Of a stretch of DNA of 60,000 nucleotides, positions 27,510 to 40,135 are shown in pieces. The DNA is from Felis catus (Eukaryota): contig NC_058368.1 of assembly GCF_018350175.1 (NCBI RefSeq), positions 141,052,001-141,112,000 on the forward strand, written 5' to 3'. The notes below the pieces were generated by a model. That model worked only from the letters and a program-made list of their open reading frames with translations. It searched no databases and was not told where the DNA came from. The translations under genes were made by a program, and so were the position numbers. The first letter of the stretch is position 1, and every line of letters begins with the position of its first letter.

Positions 27510-28278
27510 GAAAATTATACACTACTCCACAATACCCTTCAAGGTGCATGATAGGAAATGTCCAGTGGGTTATGTTTGGGCTCAATTTTGCTGTATTATC
27601 ACAGGGATTGAAGAGAAAAGTTTTAAACACGAGGCATTCAAAGACACTTAAAATCTAATAAATAGGTGCAAGCCCTCAGAACCCTGGCTAATAGTTTTGA
27701 GACACTGATTTTATGCAATATCTTGGGAACCATAGACAACCTGCTGGCTGCCACAGGCATGTGCTGTGTGCAGATAGCCTGGTAGGACTTCTTGAGCAGC
27801 TCTTTTGGGAAATCCCCACATTTACAGGAGAAAATATGGCTTTCATTTTTTCCTTTATAGATAATCAGAAAAGGGATTCAGAGCATTCAGTGTCTTTGCC
27901 TTTCCTCATTGTCTCTTTGTTGCTATTTTTCTTTCTTGTTTTTCTTTTAATCTACTTGCTTTACTTTCTCAAAACATCTGTATTTTTTGCTCGGGTCAGT
28001 TTACCCTGCGTTTTCCAAACTGTCTTTTCGCTGGCTGGGTTATTTTTGTCTCAGACTTCTTACGTTCTTCTGTTGCTCTACCCCCACCAAATCTCAGTCT
28101 GAACTTGCCCTTTTACCTCCTGATGTCTTTGCTGCTTTGCTTTTCCTTGTCTTTACAGGGCCCGAAAAGGCTACGAGTATGACATAATGATGGATTTTGC
28201 TGCCAATTTAAATGACCTTAGCCCTTCTACCTTTTGCCTCCTCTTTTGCCTCCCTTTTTCATCTTTGGAAGGAGGAAG

Positions 28279-28780
28279 TGTATTAGTTGCAATTGTGCAT
28301 AACACATACATTTAGTGGCTTGAAACAACCCACATTACCTCATAGCTTCTGTGGGTCAGAAGTCTGAGCATGGCTTTATTGGGTCCTCTGTGTTAGCTGG
28401 GGCTATAATCTCATCTCAAGGTTTGACTAGGGAAGGGTGCTCTTTCAAGCTGTCCTGGTTACTGGCAGGACTTAGTTACTTTTAGTCTTCTGGGCTAGGG
28501 GCCTGAGTTTCCTACTGGCTCTTGGCCACAGGCCCCCTCAGTTCCTTGCCACATGGGCCTCTTCAACATGACTCTCTGCTTTATCAGAGCCAGCAAGGGA
28601 GAGTCTCCTCTCCTAGCAAGGCTATGTAACATAATCACTGAAGTGATATCCTGTCACCATATGCTGTGGGTAGGAAGCAAGTCACAGGGTTCCTCCACAC
28701 TCAGGGGGAGGGTATTCTATAAATGCATGGACACTAGGAGACGGCGATAAACAGTGGCCATATTAGAGTCTGCCTGCACA
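28279..28780 (-). mobile_element. MaLR (MLT1-type) solo LTR
   Basis: TGTATTAG...GCACA termini; TTAGTGGCTTGAAACAAC and TTCTGTGGGTCAGAAGT motifs. Confidence 0.75.
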
Positions 28781-29629
28781 GAGAGGAGTGCTTTTGAGGG
28801 AAAATACTTTGAGCTCCTTAGGAAGAGACTATAAAGTCTATATTCATACATCTGCCATGCCTGATTGTTGGCGTGTAGAGATTATGGCTAACAACAAAGT
28901 AATAATGTTTCTCTTTGTCTCTCTCCATGTCCTATGGACTAGTTTCATAGGATTTGTTTTCCTTGTCTGCCTTTAGAAATCTCATCAGCCTCTCTGGATG
29001 AGAAAGTCAGCAGGAAAAGACTGCTGTTGTTGATCTTGGTTTTAACTGGACCGACTCAGCCCTGTGGGCAGGGAAAAAGGAAAGGTCTTTGCAAATGCTC
29101 TCTAGGTCTTTGTTAGAAATCCCTCCAACCTGAAGGAGCCAGGTGTGGGGCAGGCGCGGTAATTACTACAAGCAATAAGCCAGGCTTATTTACAGCTGAG
29201 GCATTTAATTAGGTACAATTTATTACTTTAAAAAATTGTCTGCAAGCTTCATAGTAGTATCTGCCCAGATCTTTGATTCCAGCTCTTCAGTTTTGGAGTT
29301 GGGAGGCGGGGTGGAACAGAAAGGGTGGCAGCACCTTTGGCGTGACTCACATCACTGTTGGTAAATTGTCTGCACTAAGACAGGGATAATCCTACCTGCC
29401 CTCACCCCCCACAACACGTACACAATAGGATATCGTTTACACAATCATTCGAATACAAAAGTTCTTCACTCTGAGGGCGAATGATCTTTATTATATATGC
29501 TATATTTTAGGTATTAATAATGACTAATGTCTCTGACTTTTCAGTCTTTTAAAAATAATAACGTATACGAATTTGAATTGAGGAATGAGGCAAATCTGAT
29601 CCTTCAGCGTTTTCTTGGGGGTAAGAAGA

Positions 29630-31000
29630 GTGGAGGCGGGTGGGCACGACGAGGAGAAAGCTCTGTGCCCGAACCCCGAGTCTCCAGCAGCCCCAGGTTG
29701 GGCAGCTCCAGCGAGACCCGGCTTCTCTCGAGGGGCGGGGGAGGCCCTGAAGGGGAGCCGAGTAGTTAGGGGGGCGCTAAGCGGGCTCGAAGTCGGGGCT
29801 CCACACCCCGGGAGGGGCGCTAGGACCCAGGCACCCGCCGGCCTCGGGACGTGCCTGGGGAGTGAAAGCTCTAAGAGGCTCAGGCTCGGGGCCAGAGTCC
29901 CTCGGAACGACCGGACCCTTCCCGTGGGCGCGAGGCGCGGGGTGCGGCGTGCGGCAGCCGCGTGCCCGCCGCTCGCATGGAGCAGACGCGCTGCCCGCCG
30001 AGCGCCGGCCAGGTGAGCCCCCCTGCGCGGGGTCCGCACGTTTCGCGGGCACAGAGCCCTGCGCCGTCCGAGACCGCCTCGTCCCCACCCCCCGCGCCGC
30101 GGGCGCGGGGGCCGGGCGGCGAGCGGGTTGTGCGCGCACAGTGCGCGGGCACCAGGCCAGAGCTGCCGCCTGAAGCCCCTCTCGGACACCCTCGCGGCTG
30201 AGGAGGGGTGTTTCTTCTTCCCCTCGGTCTCTGCGTGTCGCGGTGCCCCAGTGCCTTCTTGCTTCCCAGGAGGGGAGCACCTGGAGCGTCCGGTGTAGCC
30301 GCCCGGCTCATAATTCCGAGGGCTAACACGTCGCCCACCAGCAGCAGCCGGCCCTGCGGGGATGGCGCTGCGCAGCCGCCGCGCCTCTCTCCCTGGGGTT
30401 AGCCCGAGCCAGGGCTACGGACGCCGGGCGGGGGCCACGGGTTCCCGCTGCACCCCGAGCTGCCCACGCCTCTCTGCGCCGCCGCGGCGTCCCTGCTTTT
30501 CTGCTGTAGCTGCTCCCCTGCCCGGGCAGCGAACCGTCGCCAGCCCCAGCCGGAGGGCGGGGGGGGGGGGGGGGTAGGGGGATGGGGGGCAAGAGGAGGC
30601 GTCCAGGGGCGGGAAGCCTCCGCGCCCTAGCTCGGGGTCCCGGACTCCTTGATCCTGGAGACCGGCTCCCACCCGCGCGCGCAGCTCCCCGGACAGCGCT
30701 CGCCGGGCACAGACTGAGTGTGAGGTTTAAACCACCCGCCTCTGGTGGGGAGATGGAACGTGGGTGCAAAGGAGGCTCTCACGCCGTAGGGCATAGGAAA
30801 GCGCGGGTGAGGACAGCCTGCAGGTCAGGGAGGAGCGTTTCGTCCAAGGGGGAAGCTGCATCCGCAAGCTGCCATTCTGAACTTGTGGGCGTTCTGCTGG
30901 GCGCCCGAGCGTCACCCGAGTGCACTTAGTTACCAGAATCAAGTAGACAGGGGTCCCCGGACTGTTGCGGAAGATGAGGCTTGGCTAGTGGTCTAAAATC
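29630..31000. promoter_or_regulatory. CpG island, candidate upstream PDE8B promoter
   Basis: Abrupt GC- and CpG-rich, repeat-free segment with several GGGCGG (Sp1-type) boxes. Confidence 0.85.
29977..30012 (+). CDS. Candidate alternative first coding exon of PDE8B (MEQTRCPPSAGQ)
   Basis: CGCATGG start, 12 codons, strong donor CAG|GTGAGC at 30013, phase 0 like canonical exon 1; inferred, not shown to be expressed. Confidence 0.5.
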
Positions 31001-32796
31001 TGCAGCGGGCTCTCCTGTACCCTCAAGACTAGCCGTGCCCATCCATTCTGCTTCCGGCTCAATCTGACACCAGTTTGCAGTCTCCAAGTTACCAACTCCA
31101 GGGGGAAAAATAAAAGGTCGCTGAATAGTTGCTATGGGCGAGTGGCAGGCGGCGAGTTGCTAGGACTGCACGACCACTGCAGTTCAGTGGTGGGCATCTG
31201 CCTCCGAAACTTTTGCCAGCTGCCAGTTTACGGCAGTGGGGCGGTGTGTGAGGGGGGGGGGCGGGGGGAGGGGTGGCGTGCTGCCTGTTCTGTCGGTAAC
31301 AGACACGTGTGTCAGAACCTGAAGTTAAACACCTGGTACTCACCTAGAAGAGAAACTTCCTCCAAGCTGTGTTGGGAGACAATCAACAAAAACATTTACA
31401 TAGGGCCGGTGGGGGTAGGTGAAGTGCAGAGGACCTTCCCTCTAGGATTTTATAATCTGCCTGCTGGCATTGCCAGTTCTGCTTGACTGCCCCTCTGACC
31501 TCGAATGAGCTATTTTAACTTTGCTTGGTTTTCCAAGAAGCAAAAACGGAAGAATGATAGTCTGCAGCAGCGGAAAGAGAATTCATTGGGAAGCCAGTCC
31601 TTGGGTTCTAGCCCTAGCTGTACCACTGAGCAGCTGTGACACTTTTGGGGGGGCCACACAAAATCTGGGCCTCTGCTACTGCAAAACACTCAAAAAGAAC
31701 CTTCAATCCTGGGGTCCACTGTAGTCAAAATTTGTCAAGCTTAGATAGCCTAGATTTTTGCCTTCTTCATTATACTTGGTTCCACAGAGACTGCATGGAT
31801 TGAAAGGATACTGGATCAGAACGGTGGGTGAATTGAATTTTAATTCCAGTCTGTTTATAGAGCCACACAAATCTTTCAGGCTTAAGGTCTGTGGAAATAA
31901 GCCTGGTTGGTCGAGTTAATACTTAGAGTGCACTGCGAAGGACCTCAAATAGAGAGTCCTGTTGAAGTTAGTGTGTGGTTACATAAAAGGTTCTTTCTGT
32001 GCATTTGAAAGATCCTTGCCACAAGCAGGGTGTTACAGAAATGAGTAGAGGAGAAGCCCCAAGTTGATCCTGCGGTAGAAGAGGGTGAGTGTGCTGTATA
32101 GCTAGTGGAGGTACTTCAGGTTTTCTCTGATAAACACTTTATTTATGAATGACTCCGTTATTATGAACTCCAGAAAAGCAGTTTATCGGTTGGGTAATGA
32201 AGTAATGAAATTGTCTTTAGAAGCCACATTAAGTATTGGAATACCTAACATTACTAGAGTTTATTGGGATAAGCCCTGCTTTCAAAAGCATTGCCTTTTT
32301 ATTTAATTTCAGCAAGGGAAATAAGCAGAATGATTTATTATGTTTTCTTACTAGATAATTTTTTAAGAGAGAAAAAAGCAGAAGTAAATACAACACATGC
32401 TGCAAGAAACCTTGTTTCTTCAGTTTCCAGAGATGAGTATCATCATCATCACCATTACCATAATGGTGAATATCTATTAAGCACTTGTGTGCCAAGCATT
32501 GTTCTTAGCACCTTATGTACACAGTATAAGGTCATCCTACCGACACCTTCTGGAGGAAGTGCTATTATTTCTTTCAGTTCATAGGTGTGAGAACTAAACT
32601 TCTTGCCTGACATTACACAGCTGGTAGGTAGAGTTGGGCCACCTACTTGGGTTTATTTGCAACGATTCAATCAGAATGCAACAGAGAGAAGGTTGGGAAG
32701 GCAAAAAGTGGCTGCTAAATAAATGTCAGGCACTTTATACACCTCAGTGCATGGAAATTAATAAATCTTTTATGAGTGCTAATTTACTTAAAAAAA

Positions 32797-33006
32797 TTTT
32801 TTTTTAACATTTATTAATTTTTGAAAGACAGACACAGAGTGTGAGCAGGGGAGGGGCGGAGAGAGGGGAAGACACAGAATCTGAAGCAGGCTCCAGGCTC
32901 TGAGCTATCAGCACAGAGCCCGATGTGGGGCTCAAACCCACCAGCCAGGAGATCATGACCTGAGCCGAAGTCAGATGATTAACTGACTGAGCCACGCAGG
33001 CATCCC
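32797..33006 (-). mobile_element. Can-SINE
   Basis: Typical body; TSD AATTTA(C/G)TT. Confidence 0.9.
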
Positions 33007-33101
33007 AATTTAGTTTTCTTTTTCTGCTTTTTATCAATATGCTTCTATAATATGACTTGGGTGTCTTGGATGCATTTCATGTGGACAAAAAGGTTGAACT
33101 C

Positions 33102-33322
33102 TTTTTTTTTTTTTTTTTTTAACGTTTATTTATTTTTGGGACAGAGAGAGACAGAGCATGAACGGGGGAGGGGCAGAGAGAGAGGGAGACACAGAATCGG
33201 AAACAGGCTCCAGGCTCCGAGCCATCAGCCCAGAGCCTGACGCGGGGCTCCAACTCCCGGACCGCGAGATCGTGACCTGGCTGAAGTCGGATGCTTAACC
33301 GACGGCGCCACCCAGGCGCCCC
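33102..33322 (-). mobile_element. Young SINEC_Fc
   Basis: CpG-rich near-consensus copy with long poly-T; perfect TSD GAACTCTTTTTT at 33096 and 33323. Confidence 0.95.
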
Positions 33323-34464
33323 GAACTCTTTTTTAACTATGTAGATCTGAGTGCAGATGGATGAACCATAATTTATTTTACCAATCCCCTTTGACTGGGC
33401 ACCTGGATTATTTCAAAATTTTCACAATCACATACAGTCGCTAGCATAGTATATCTTCTTATTTATATATTTCTGCACATCTGTTCAGATATTTCTGGTG
33501 GATCAATTCCTAGGAAGTGGGGAATTGCTATGCAAAAGAACATGGTTACCATTTGATACGTACTTTTTAATAGATATTGCCAACTTGCTTTCACAAAAAG
33601 AAATACAATTTCTGGTTTGCAGTCCATTTCTTCCACTAACATCTTTCTGGGCTTTTGGCGAATCACTGAATCTGAATGGGACTCGGACATAGCATTTGTA
33701 AACTAGAGGTGGTAAAACTTACTGGTTTTAAGGTTGCTTCTGCAAATATGTACAATTAGAGGTTGAACAAATGCAGTTGTTCATATGTGAGCATTTTTAC
33801 CTACAAAACCAGAAATTCAATATGGTTTCACCTAGTGGCACATGAAGTCCTGAAATATGTTTCTGGTAGTCCCATCTTCTCTGGGGCAGATGTGTATGCG
33901 AGGGGAGGCTAGGCTATGCTGCAGTCACAAGTTAACCCTGAAACCTCCGTGGCTTAAAAAAAAAAAAGTTTATTTCTTATATATCCAAAGCAGGTTAGCA
34001 GAGTACCCTGCTCCACACAGTCACTGAGGGAGCCAGGCTGACAGAAGCTGTGCCATCTTGTAATTGCAGTATCTAGAACATGAAGGCCCTGCTGTCCTAC
34101 GGCAGTCGAGAAGGAGGAAGGACCATGAGTGGTTAACACCTGCCCTTAAATGCCTCAGCCTAGGAATGAAGCATATCTCTTTTATTTATGGGCTTTTGGT
34201 CACAAGTAGTTACAAAGACCTCACCCCAACGCAGGGAGGCTAGAAAAAGTTGTTTTCTGATGTCCAGAAAGAGGAAATGACGTGGTAAATGCATGGCATT
34301 GTGCATTAGTTTGCTGGGGCTTTCACGACAAAGTATCACAGCCAGGTGGCTTATACAACAGAAGTTTATTTTCTCACAGTTCTGGAGGCCAGAGGTCCTA
34401 GATCAAGATGTCAGCAGAATTCATTTATTCTGAGGGCCTCTCTTTTTGGTTTGTAAATGGCTAC

Positions 34465-35215
34465 TGTAGAGAAGGAAATGTAATTTTCCCTCTATCCTTC
34501 TAGGTTCCTGGCTAAGGCCTTGCCCCCCAAAATAAAAAACGGATCAACAGCAGAAAAACAAATTTTTATTTATTTATTAAAAAAAATTCTTTTTTCAATG
34601 TTTATTTTTGAGAAAGAGAGAGAGCATGAGCAGGGGAGGGGCAGAGAGAGAGGGAGACACAGAATCACAGGCTCCAGGCTTCAAGCTGTCAGCACAGAGA
34701 CTGATACAGGGGGCTCGAACTCACAAACCGTGAGATCATGACCTGAGCGGAAGTCGGATGCTCAACCGACTGAGCCACTCAGGCGCCCCAGAAAAACAAG
34801 TTTTAATTGGGTACATATACTTATGCACATCCAGGAGTCCCACAGAGCTATGAGACTCAAAAGGCAGCAACTTGATTGCAGTTTATATATCATCCTGAGC
34901 TAAGGAAGGGGAAAAGGGGTTTGGGATTTCTAAGGGGAAAAGGCAGTTCTTGGGAAGGTGTGAAGAGCGAATGTTTGGTAAACAAAGGTTGCCCTGCCCT
35001 AGAGATAAGTCTTTCAGGGGAAAAGTTATCTCTGGTAATAGCTCTCTTCCTGGTACAAGATCCCTTTCTAATGTAAATTTCCCTTACAAAAGGCTAACTT
35101 CTACTCTGTTTTCAGAGCTTCTTTTGTGTCTGCAGTTCCTTAAATGATAATCAGCTCAAAATAATCCTTATGCTAAAGAGGCATATTTTGGGGTAGCACA
35201 TCCTGCTCCCCTTCA
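34465..35215 (-). mobile_element. ERV1 solo LTR (MER34-like), containing a SINE
   Basis: TG...CA termini; reverse complement begins TGAAGGGGAGCAGGATGTGCTACCCCAAAATATGCCTCTTTAGCATAAGGATTATTTTGAGCTG. Confidence 0.7.
34563..34789 (-). mobile_element. Can-SINE nested in the LTR
   Basis: TSD AGAAAAACAA on both sides. Confidence 0.92.
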
Positions 35216-35699
35216 CCATCTTTTCCCTGCATCTTCACGTGATCTCCTCTCTGTGTCTTTGTCCCTAACCTCTTTTTATCAAGGCCTCAGTCATTCTGGA
35301 CTGGGATCCACCCTAATGACCTCATTTAATGTTAATGACCTCTTTAAAGGCCCAATCCAAATACAGTTACATTCTACAGTGGGGAGGGGGCTAGGAATTC
35401 AAGATAAGAATTTGGGGAGACAGGATTCAGCCTATAATTCATTGTCTTGGTATGTGGCCCCTACTGAGGTGTAGTCACCCTGTTTTTATTCATGGAGGTC
35501 AGGGTGTTTCCGAAGCCCACATCCCAGGGCCTTCTCTCCACATCTCATCCTCCCCTATTGACCAAGAAAAGTGTTGTGTTCTCATTTCCCTGGGTGTTAT
35601 TTTCAAGTGGTCACTACTCGAATCAAGTCACCTTTTACAAATGGCACTGGGTCTAACATGAGACAGACTGTAGGTGAGACAGGATGAGCGTGAATCCTT

Positions 35700-35914
35700 G
35701 GGACGCCTGTGTGGCTCAGCCGGTTAAGCGTCTGACTTTGATTTCAGTTCAGATTGGGATCTCATGGTTCTGGGACCGAGCCCCGAGTCTGGCTCCACTC
35801 TGAGTCTGGAGCCTGCTTCAGATTCCCTCTGTCCTCTCTTTCCGCCCCTCCCCTGCTGGCAGCTACTTGCTCTCTCCCTCTCTCCTTCAACATAAATAAA
35901 CATAAAAAAAGAAA
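35700..35914 (+). mobile_element. Can-SINE
   Basis: GGGACGCCTGTGTGGCTCAGCCGGTTAAGCG head and A tail. Confidence 0.88.
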
Positions 35915-38900
35915 GTGTGACTCCTGAAGTTGGCTGAGTTCTCATCCCAGCTCTACCCCTCATCGGCAATATTTCCTCATCTGTAAAAGGGGAAGAACAG
36001 TACTTAACTCACAGGGCTAGTGTGCCAGTTAAATGAGATAATAAATACAGAGTGCCTGGCATATACTAGGGGGTCAGGATGATGCCCTTTATTATTTGCA
36101 ACTTCAGAAGCTCCTGGAGCCATCGGGGCGCAGTGTACTGTGCCCCGGCCTGCACCCCAGGGGCACAGACCACCCAGAGGCTCCGCTGCTTGAGCTGCCA
36201 GGGCTTCCAGGCCCTGCTCGGAGGTGTGTACACCTTCGTGGAGAGTCATCGCATGGCCATTTTGTAACTCCAGTAGCTCCCACACATTTAAGTCTTAGGT
36301 TCACAGTTGGATCCGTGACCAGAAAAGGAACGCAAGAGACTATCCTCCTAAGTAGCCCTTAAAATCATTCTCTGCATTTCAGTTGAGGCAAGTAGGGTTG
36401 GCAGTTAAAGCAATATGTAAAGGCAGCACTTGAGTTTTCCCGTTCGAATGTCCCCAGAATCAGGGTGTGTTTTTCAGTCAATAGCAGCTGAGCGTTAGGC
36501 CTAGAAAGACAGCCGCCAACTTTCCTTCTGACAGCATCTTTCCCTTGGAAACATAAGGGAGTGTGGGTTGCTCTATACCTGGCATGGATGATTCTGCCTT
36601 GATTTTGGGAAACTCTAGATTCCTGTATCAGGAGTGGGAGAGCGTAGAGCTGTCATATAGCCTTGGGTCTCCAGTACTGGAGTAGTAAACAAGCCAGTAG
36701 GTAACCAGGGCAGTGGCTTTTCTGGGTCAAGGTGAGCCATGCACCTCATCCCTAGCAACCGTGTGCATCCCCCTTGTGGTGCGAGGAGGCCAACACTCTG
36801 CATCGTGGGTAGTTGCCAGCCTTCCTACGAGATAGCAGACACTGTGCACGCTGCATTTTCTATCCTGCTTGCTACTATAAAGCCAAGTAAAGGCAGTGTT
36901 GGATTAAAGCCAAGTCTCTTGATTACCAGTCTGAATCTGTGACCACCACTGCTGGGAGGTGGGAGGGGAAGGGGTGGCCCCTTGTAAATTGCTGTCGGCC
37001 AGGCAGTGGTTGTGATGTACTTGTCATCTCGTGGATGTATTTACTCAGTTTTAACTTCTGATATTTTCACCTTCTCAGTCGAGGTGGGTACATTGTTGAT
37101 AATCCATGTGTTGAGTTTAATTGCTGATTGAGATGACTTCAAAAAGGTTATGCTGTGATTCAGCATTGAAACCAAGAAATTATTGTTTACACAGTTACAC
37201 AGAGAGTCAAGGAAATAGAGAACGGGGTATAAATTTGATATTGATAAAGCAAATATTTGTCTTTGGAGGATGACGCAATTTTAGTTTTGGTGTTCTTTTT
37301 TTTTTTTTTTTTAAGCAGCGGCCAAAGGCCTTTAATAAAGAAAAGATACCCACAAGTACATAAAGCTAGATTTATGTTTTGTTTTTGAGATATGTGCAGG
37401 AGGATTACATGTCAAGTAACTAAGCTGATGGCAGGAGAAATTGCCTAATCTGTCAGTGTAGATGAAAAAATTCGAAGCTGTGAGAGGCTAGTGGGATGAA
37501 TTCTTGCAACTTGGACTGTCATTAGACCATTATGTCATAGTTTAATGGGCAGCATCTTTTTCTTGGTGATACATAAAGTGATGTTGTTTTGTATAATCAG
37601 TAGTGTCTTAGTTTGGTGAAATGTGACAAAAGCAACGAGGAGGAGACTGGAACCTAGGTGCCTTGACTGCACAAAGTGCACATCCCTGACCCAGGTGTTG
37701 TCTGACCCCACTGTCCAGATGGGTGAGATAGGTCACTTGCAGGACCCAGAGAATGCATGCCTCAAGAGCGGGGAGCCTAGAGTGGGAAACTTAAGGAGGC
37801 CCCCAAGTGCGGGGTCAGAGCACCTCCTTAAATGTTGCAGCCTCCTGCTTTGCTTGCCTTACTATAGTCTCCCCCCTGGTTTTGATTTTTGAATGAGTTT
37901 CTCATTTTCCCTAGATGACTAAGAAAATTAAATGGAGATATAAGTGGATGAAAATGTAGTAGTCATCCAACACACATGGTCAGCTCGTATCCTCCATTGT
38001 AAGTATTACTCCTCCTGGGTGAGATCTACGGAAAACTAAGAAAACTACAGAAAACGAAGAAAGTGGTCGGGACATTGTGAGGAAAGGAACGTAATAAATG
38101 TATTACCACCTTGCGTGAATTCTTTACGGTTGAACATAAGTACAATTAGCCATGGCTGATTAAATAATACGAAAACAAATGATTTCTCTACGTTTTTAGG
38201 ATCTGTTTTCTAGTTCCATTTAGTATTTTTTTTTTAAAGAAAATTTAAAACCATCTTCCTTGCAATGGAATGGAATATAAAGAGGAAATTAAATTCCTCA
38301 GGTAGCTTTCATCAGATTCCCTCTGTTTTGAAATCAGCACAGGAGGTCCTCTTAGTAACCTCAGAGTGCTTTGGAAGGTTTAGGAGTTCTAAATTCTGTC
38401 CTGGCTGGTGATGGAATGGTCGTCACAAGATTGAGATGCATAATGTTGACAAAGGGCATATATACTGCAAGCATCTTTATCACACAGCCCATTGGACATC
38501 ATTTCTGCCTGAAGAGCATCATTCTACAATGCGTGTTTTCATGTTTCAAAGAAGAACTTAGTTTTATCCCAGAATAGCATTTTTAGAGGGAGAGTGGCCA
38601 CTGAAGTGTTTTTACCATCTGCGATCAGGCTTTTCTGTCTAAGGAAGGGCATTTCGTATCTTTTAATGTGGCTTGCACTGGAGTTCTCAACGTGCTGTCA
38701 CTCGTTGTGGGAAAAAATTCTGCCAGAAAGGCTATACCTCACCCACTGGTCTCTGCAGCAGCAGACGAGATTCTATGGCTGCAGGGATTGCACAAGAGGA
38801 AAATAGCAGGAAGGGGGGAGAAGGTAGGGGAAGGAGTAGAGGGGGAAGGCTGTGTGGATAAAGGGTCAAGCGGTGTTTCCCAGTCTAGTTGCATCACAGC

Positions 38901-39379
38901 GCACAGAGGACAACGGCGTTGTTGTCTGAGATACTGGAGTCAGTGGACAAGACTTGGGATCTGGTCAAGGCCCTGCATGGGTGACCTGCGGGTTGAGAGA
39001 ATCAATATCTTGGCGTGTAACAGTTATCTTGATGTAACAGTTTGGTCAGTCCCCTGGTGAGAAGCCCTGGTGGAGTGTGTAGCTGTCAGGTGGAGGGAGG
39101 GGAGGGGCTCAGAGACCACTCACTGCATAATGGGCCCATGCCTGCCTCACATACCTAGATGGCCTCTAACGCTGGCCTAAGTGTAGCTGGTCTTTCTGTT
39201 CCTTCCCTAAGCCCTATGTTTAGGGGCACATGCTTGGTCTGCAGGACTTTTCTCTGTCTCTGTCTATGTAAGATCTGGAGGTCAGTAAGAGCTGTGAGCG
39301 GCAGAGGAGTTTGAAGACAGTGAGGGTGGTCACTTCTTCCCTGTGACTTCTCATCTATGGAAGGAGTAGGTTTCCACTG

Positions 39380-40135
39380 TTTATGCAGGTAACTACTGAG
39401 CATCCAGCATGTGCCAAACAGACCCAGTTTTCTCTTGTTGGAGCTTACCTCCGGTGTGAGGAGATGGTAAAGAATGAAAAGGAGAGAGAAAGGTCATTTG
39501 GTGGTATGTGCTAGGGAGAAAGTAGAGAAAGATAGGGAGAAAGATAAAGCAGGAGGGTCAATAAGGACTCCCCAGGATGGGGGGGAATGTTTCCTAATTA
39601 GATAGGGTGGTCAGAGGAGGCCTCCCTGGGAAAGGGAACATTTGAGCCAAGGCCTGAAGGAAGTAGGGAGTGAGCCATATGGATAATTGGAAAGCACATT
39701 CCAAGTAGGAGGAATAGCAGGTACAAAGGCCCGGAAAGAGCATGTCCATAAGTTAAAGTTGCAGCGAGGAGACCAGTGTGGCAAGGAGGACACAAGCAAG
39801 GGGAGGACAGTAGACGCTAAAGTCAGGGAGGTCATGGAGGCCAGACAGCTGAGGGCCTTGTTGTCTGCTATAAAGACGTAGCGAGATGCAAGTGATGGAA
39901 TCTGACTTCAGTTGTGGGCGGAACACCCCTGTTGGCTGTAGCATTGAGAGTAGCCTGAAGGGAGCCAGGATGAAGCAAGAGAATCTGCTAGGAGGCATCA
40001 CAATAATCCAGGTGAGAGATGTGATGGCTTAGACCAATATGATAGCAGTGAAGATGAATGATGGTCTGATTCTGGATTACTTTTTAAGTGGAATTAATAG
40101 GATTTGCAGACAGATGGGGCATGGCGTGAGAAAGA
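39380..40135 (-). mobile_element. L2 relic
   Basis: GGTGGTCAGAGGAGGCCTCCCTG..ACATTTGAGC..AATAATCCAGGTGAGAGATG motifs. Confidence 0.7.

Larger units (their letters stand above)
34300..35440 (-). mobile_element. MLT1A/B-type LTR split by an ERV1 LTR insertion
   Basis: TTTATTTTCTCACAGTTCTGGAGGC runs up to 34464; resumes at 35216 with CCCTAATGACCTCATTTAA...CCAAATACAGT. Confidence 0.75.

Noticed and set aside
27289..28102. Hydrophobic ORFs that look like membrane proteins
   Set aside because: They result from T/C-rich low-complexity sequence
29524..30929. Cluster of 100-220 aa ORFs on both strands
   Set aside because: Typical CpG-island artefacts with no recognisable domain
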